Below, piece by piece: positions 19,101 to 23,500 of a DNA stretch of 64,000 nt (position 1 is its first letter; each line of letters starts with the position of its first letter). This DNA is from an uncultured Planctomycetales bacterium (GTDB lineage Bacteria; Omnitrophota; Gorgyraeia; Gygaellales; Profunditerraquicolaceae): assembly GCA_964413025.1 (NCBI GenBank), contig CAYPRG010000001.1, positions 464 through 64,463 on the forward strand, written 5' to 3'. The notes beneath the pieces are model-generated. The model was not told the origin of the DNA and did not search any database. It was given only the letters and a program-made list of their open reading frames with translations. The translations under genes were made by a program, and so were the position numbers.

Positions 19101-20559
19101 TCAGATATACCAGGGCTATCCTGAAGACCGCCTGCCATAATTTCAAAAATGCCTGGCCGATTACGGGTATATTTTTATATCTTAAATATGCCTTAAATAT
19201 TCCCAGGGCAGCCATGGGATGCGTGCCTTTGCGGATTTTTGCCAAGATACTTCTGAATTTACCGGCTTTCGGCTGGCTGTTGGCTTTATCCTTCCGGGCT
19301 TCCTTTTGCGGCTGGGGTGGCTGCTGATCCATGAAAAGGATATTTACTTCGGTATCCTTATCAAAGAAAACCAGTTGATTAGTATTAAAAACAAGGTCCA
19401 ACTCTTGATTTAACTCAAGCTTACTCTCGCTTCCAAGTAAAGCTACAAAAATATGTTTATCATTTTTAAAATGGACTATCTTTTTATCGCCCATATTCTC
19501 TATTATATCCACTTTTCCTTTTACTATATTAACGAGTGAAGTATATTTTGACTCCACAAACATTTTATCCTGGATTTCGTGCGGCCTTATGCCCAAGATA
19601 ATTTCTTTATCTTTATAGGGCGCCAGATAGCTGGCTATTTTATCATCGGTTTTTACCTGGAAGCTCTCGCCGTCAAAATAATAACCATCTTCCCTCTGGA
19701 TAATTTTTCCTTCAAAGAAATTCATTTCCGGAGAGCCGATAAACCCGGCGACAAATTTGTTAACCGGATTTTCAAAAACAACCATTGGCTCACCGATTTG
19801 CTGGATAGCCCCATCTTTCATTACCATTATCCGCGAAGCCATAGTCATAGCTTCTATTTGGTCATGGGTGACATAAATAAAAGTGGTCCCTTTGCCTAAA
19901 CGCTTATGCAGCTTGTTAAGTTCGGTGCGCATCTGGACACGCATCTTAGCGTCTAAGTTACTCAAGGGTTCGTCAAAGAGAAAAACCAGCGGCTGACGCA
20001 CAATGGTGCGCCCCACAGCCACACGCTGCCTCTCCCCTCCGGAGAGCTCGCGCGGCCTGCGGGCAAGCTTATCTACAATAGATAAAATTTGGGCTGCCTC
20101 TGTAACCTTAACTTTGATTATCTCTTTTTTGACTCTTCTTAACTTTAACCCGAAGGCCATATTCTCAAAAACAGTCATATGCGGATATAGAGCGTAATTT
20201 TGAAAAACCATAGCAATGTTACGGTCTTTTGACGGCACATCATTTACTCGTTTATCCCCTATATATACATCTCCTTCGCTTATCTCTTCAAGGCCGGCAA
20301 TCATCCTTAAGGTGGTAGACTTACCGCATCCTGACGGGCCGACTAAAATGAAGAATTCCCCTTCATCCACCCCAAAGTCTATAGATTTGACCGCATAATT
20401 CTTCGGCTCTTTCTTATCTCTTCCGGGATAAATTTTACTTAGCTTAGCAACTCTTACGCTTTTGCCTGAGCTTGAAGTGCTTGTTTTATTTGAATCCACC
20501 GGCAAAAAGTTTGTTTGGCTGGCCTTCTTTGCTTGATGAGCCCTTATCGCCTTGTAAAT
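1..20559 (-). CDS. Giant ORF A, 3' end beyond window position 1. The open frame of >=6,850 codons begins immediately after TAG 20560-20562, and its start codon is unclear.
   Basis: Same minus frame as ORF B. 1-2760 and 19321-20559 were checked contiguously and about 60 other lines sampled, with no in-frame stop. The first in-frame ATG (+20302-20304) lies inside the ABC domain, after its Walker A motif, so it cannot be the native start. Candidate non-ATG starts are GTG at +20497-20499 and TTG at +20503-20505, the latter with a weak AAGAAGG upstream. Confidence 0.7.
   Translation of the reverse strand, partial: [6853 protein letters not shown]
1183..1250 (-). other. Predicted transmembrane segment.
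   Basis: Hydrophobic stretch [22 protein letters not shown] translated from +1183-1250. Confidence 0.5.
4100..6450 (-). repeat. Tandem intragenic protein repeats of about 180 aa (540-nt period), with at least 3 clear copies.
   Basis: The copies are [29 protein letters not shown] (about +4570-4680), [34 protein letters not shown] (about +5110-5220) and [34 protein letters not shown] (about +5650-5760). A weaker copy lies near +6130-6180. Confidence 0.65.
6450..7450 (-). other. Sigma-70 (RpoD-like) domain covering regions 2-4, embedded in the giant ORF.
   Basis: +6901-7020 translates [40 protein letters not shown] (region 2.2-2.4). +6421-6540 translates [30 protein letters not shown] (region 4.2 HTH). 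Both are in the giant frame. Confidence 0.8.
8750..10300 (-). other. GH13 alpha-amylase-family catalytic domain.
   Basis: +9961-10020 translates [18 protein letters not shown] (GH13 region I DxVxNH). +9601-9660 translates [14 protein letters not shown] (region II GFRxDxA, nucleophile region). Upstream is [11 protein letters not shown]. Confidence 0.75.
11660..11760 (-). other. Predicted transmembrane segment.
   Basis: +11701-11760 translates [20 protein letters not shown]. Confidence 0.5.
12300..12650 (-). other. Minimal (Pol-beta-type) nucleotidyltransferase-fold motif.
   Basis: +12421-12540 translates [40 protein letters not shown], matching the hG[GS]x9-13DxD pattern. Confidence 0.5.
13300..13750 (-). 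other. Class I SAM-dependent methyltransferase-like domain.
   Basis: +13561-13620 translates [20 protein letters not shown], the motif I glycine-rich loop. Confidence 0.55.
13800..14200 (-). other. Transmembrane helix cluster.
   Basis: +13861-13920 translates [20 protein letters not shown]; the flanking segments are hydrophobic. Confidence 0.45.
16500..17650 (-). other. Patatin-like phospholipase domain.
   Basis: +17461-17520 translates [20 protein letters not shown] (the GGGxKG oxyanion motif). +17401-17460 translates [21 protein letters not shown] (the GxSxG nucleophile elbow). Confidence 0.7.
17950..18500 (-). other. DUF218 (YdcF/ElyC/SanA-like) domain.
   Basis: +18181-18240 translates [20 protein letters not shown], the conserved STNTxEN motif of DUF218. 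Confidence 0.55.
18550..18760 (-). other. Transmembrane segment(s) between the ABC and DUF218 domains.
   Basis: Hydrophobic translation across +18550-18760. Read by eye only, less carefully verified. Confidence 0.4.
19330..20450 (-). other. MalK/UgpC-type sugar ABC-transporter ATP-binding domain, at the N-terminus of ORF A.
   Basis: Contiguously translated [39 protein letters not shown] (Walker A, +20281-20400). Then [63 protein letters not shown] (signature, Walker B and H-loop, +19861-20060). Then [29 protein letters not shown] (MalK-type C-terminal regulatory domain). Confidence 0.85.
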
Positions 20560-20562
20560 CCT
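20560..20562 (-). other. The single in-frame TAG stop codon separating the two giant open frames.
   Basis: + strand 'cta' at 20560-20562, read in the coding frame as ...[71 protein letters not shown]... Confidence 0.85.
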
Positions 20563-23500
20563 ATAGCCCAAATAAATCAATAACCCGGCGACTAAAACCA
20601 CTTTTACTAAAACTGGGATGCTGCCCAAAACCGGGAATCCGGCGAATAAGAACCCGTTAGCCAGAGAAGAGGGACTTTCACAATCCCGCATTTTATTATA
20701 CTGGTCGTTTAGAGAAGCTTTGTTCGCGCGATAGAAATCAAGAGAAGGCAGCTCTCTCTCATCATTAAGTATCCTCGCCTTCTTTGTATTCGCACGCATG
20801 AAATCATCGATTAAATCAATCCTTAGCTTACCTTGCGAATCTACAGGTAAGAAACGCTCATCAAGCAATGAACGCTTTCCCGAGGCAATATCTTCCCAAT
20901 GTTTCTTCCAATATTCATTACCGCCATTATCATCTCCCAGCAATCTTTCCTGCTTCTGTTTTTCTACTCCGGGATAAGGGAACTTTCTTTTTGCAATCCA
21001 GCTAAGGATTGATTTCTTATCTTTCCTTAATTGTTCCCAGGCAGTTTGCTCTTCCTGCCACTCTTTGCCGACATTAACAAGTTCCTCCCTGATTGTTTTC
21101 CATGTCGTCTTCATATTCCTTGCGATATAAGCACCCTGCCTATCGCCAGTTTCGGGAGTAGGATCATAGGTATAGAAGTAACGCGCTGTTGCATGCAAGA
21201 ATAGGCCATGGATTCCGGCGACTTCCCTGAATTGCTTGGCATTGAATAATTCCGGATATTTGGCATGCAGCCTGACTATCTCAACCCATTCTTTTTGGGC
21301 GTAAATGCCGGCTTTTTCCGCTTCCATAACCGCTTTTTCAAAATCAGGATAAATTCCGCTGGTGGCGATGTAATTGTCAATTACCTGGTGGACCAGATTT
21401 TCATTTTCGGGATAATAATAGTGGAGGATTTCTTCGGCGAGAGTAAGCACTGCCAGTAACGGAGGCGCACGGCTCTGAATGATATTATGTATTTTAATCA
21501 GCATGGCAGAAGCAACGGCTAATCTTTCCAGATCTCCTGTTTCTTCCAGGAAGAGTTGCGGGCGGCTTAATATGCGCGCCAGCAGGTCATATACCCTGGA
21601 ATCGTTCTTTTTGATCAGGAGCAATTCTTTAAGCGCCCGCTTAAGATATCTATCAAGCTTTCGTGGCAGGTTTCCGCTCTGTAAGCCTAAGGTATTTTTG
21701 TAACCATTAGCCTCTAAAGCAACCTCATACTTATTTGCCATATTTATTAAATCCTTCTGGGCTTTTACAAAACAACGCGAGGTATGGAAATTGCTCCTCC
21801 AGATACGGTAATCAAGCGACCCAAAAATATTATCCATCGCCTCAATCGTCTTCAGAAATTCCAAATCAATCTGACCGGAATAAATCTGATCGCAGAGTTT
21901 ATTGAACCGGAATATGTGGTCTACCGTACGCTTATTTGAATACGAAGGCGCGGTGCCGGTAGTCATTAAAAACGCCCAGTCCGAACTCTGAGCAAGGAAA
22001 AGCTCTCTTCCCGTCTGGTTCAATGCCCGCAGGGTAATCTCATCAGGGTTATTAAAACGATTAGCCAGCTCAATCATCTTCTGCGCGGCTTTTAACAGAT
22101 GCCTGTATATCCAGGCATTCCCGCCATTAAGCCAAACCGAGAAATCCCCTTCATTTCCCCAGGAGGAGAGCGCAGGTTCAGAGCGCTGAAGGGTCTTGTT
22201 TTCATCAAGATATTCAGAGATAGTCACCGGCCGCACAGTCCGTTGGTCAAAATGGAACTTGCGCATGACTAGATTGATAAAATCCTGCCCCTCGTACCAC
22301 CAATGGCCGAAAAGTTCAGCGTCGTAAGCGCAGGTAATCAAAGGTTTACTGAAATGCCATGTTTGACATCCTTCTTTTACCCTCTTAAAATGCCCATCCA
22401 GGAATTCCGCCTGTTTGCCTCTGGCCCAGACAAAATTACCAGAGTGGCAATCTACCTTGCTAGCTGCCCATCCCGGATGATAATATGCTTTCTGGTTAAG
22501 CGGCACATTTTTTCCGGTAATACGGAAATATTTAAGCCCAATCGCGTGCGGCCCTACATTTCTGAAATAATTATTGAGGCATCCGCTATCTCCATCATAG
22601 CCTAAATCGCGGTGAAATTCCTTGTAATCGGGATCTCCGGGGTAACCTCCGTCACGCGACCAGATACACTCTCTAGTCTCAGGGTCACGGCTGACAGCCA
22701 CGCATCCCGCGGGAGTAATCACGGGAGCATAGGCGGCGTAACCGGAATCAAGATGGCGGCCGAATACAGGTTTGGGATTAGCGTAGCTCAAAGTATGCAT
22801 ATCGGTCAAAAAGAAATTTATCCCCGCTTCTCTTAAGAAAACATCGAGACCAGGGTAATATGCGCATTCAGGCAACCATATACCTCTGGGAGAACATCCG
22901 AAAACTTCTTTATACTGGCTGACGGCTTGAGCCAGTTGCGCCCGTACCGCCTCAGGAAATGAATTCATTAAAGGTAAAAATCCGTGGGTAGCTGCGCAAG
23001 TGATAATCTCAATAAAACCTAAATCCTGGAAACGGCGGTAAGCCCGGGTAAAGTCCTTTTCATAACGCAGGAAAATTTCCTTGCTTTGCTTAAACTGCTC
23101 AAGATGAATCTGCACTGTATGCTCCCAGGGAGACTTATTGCGCCTGGCATTCTCGTATTCACATTCAGCGAGTTTAATCAACTCGTTTATATGCCTTAAG
23201 GTGCGCTCCTGCAGGAGCGGGTCGCGCATCATGCTTAAAAGCGGCGGGCTCAAAGAAACCGTCATCCGGAAATCCACGCCATCTTTCAGCCAAGATTCAA
23301 AATTAGCGATCTCTCTAGCGTAGACCTCAATCACAGCCTCAAAATACCACCATTCTTCAAGAAAATTATCGTATTCAGGGTGGCGCACAAAAGGAAGATG
23401 ATGATGAAGGACTAACGCCAAGTTAGCTTTTTCTGCGTAGTTATCAAGACGCGCATCGTGAAGGCCACGATAATGTTTAACCGGCGGGTCAGGGGTAAAA

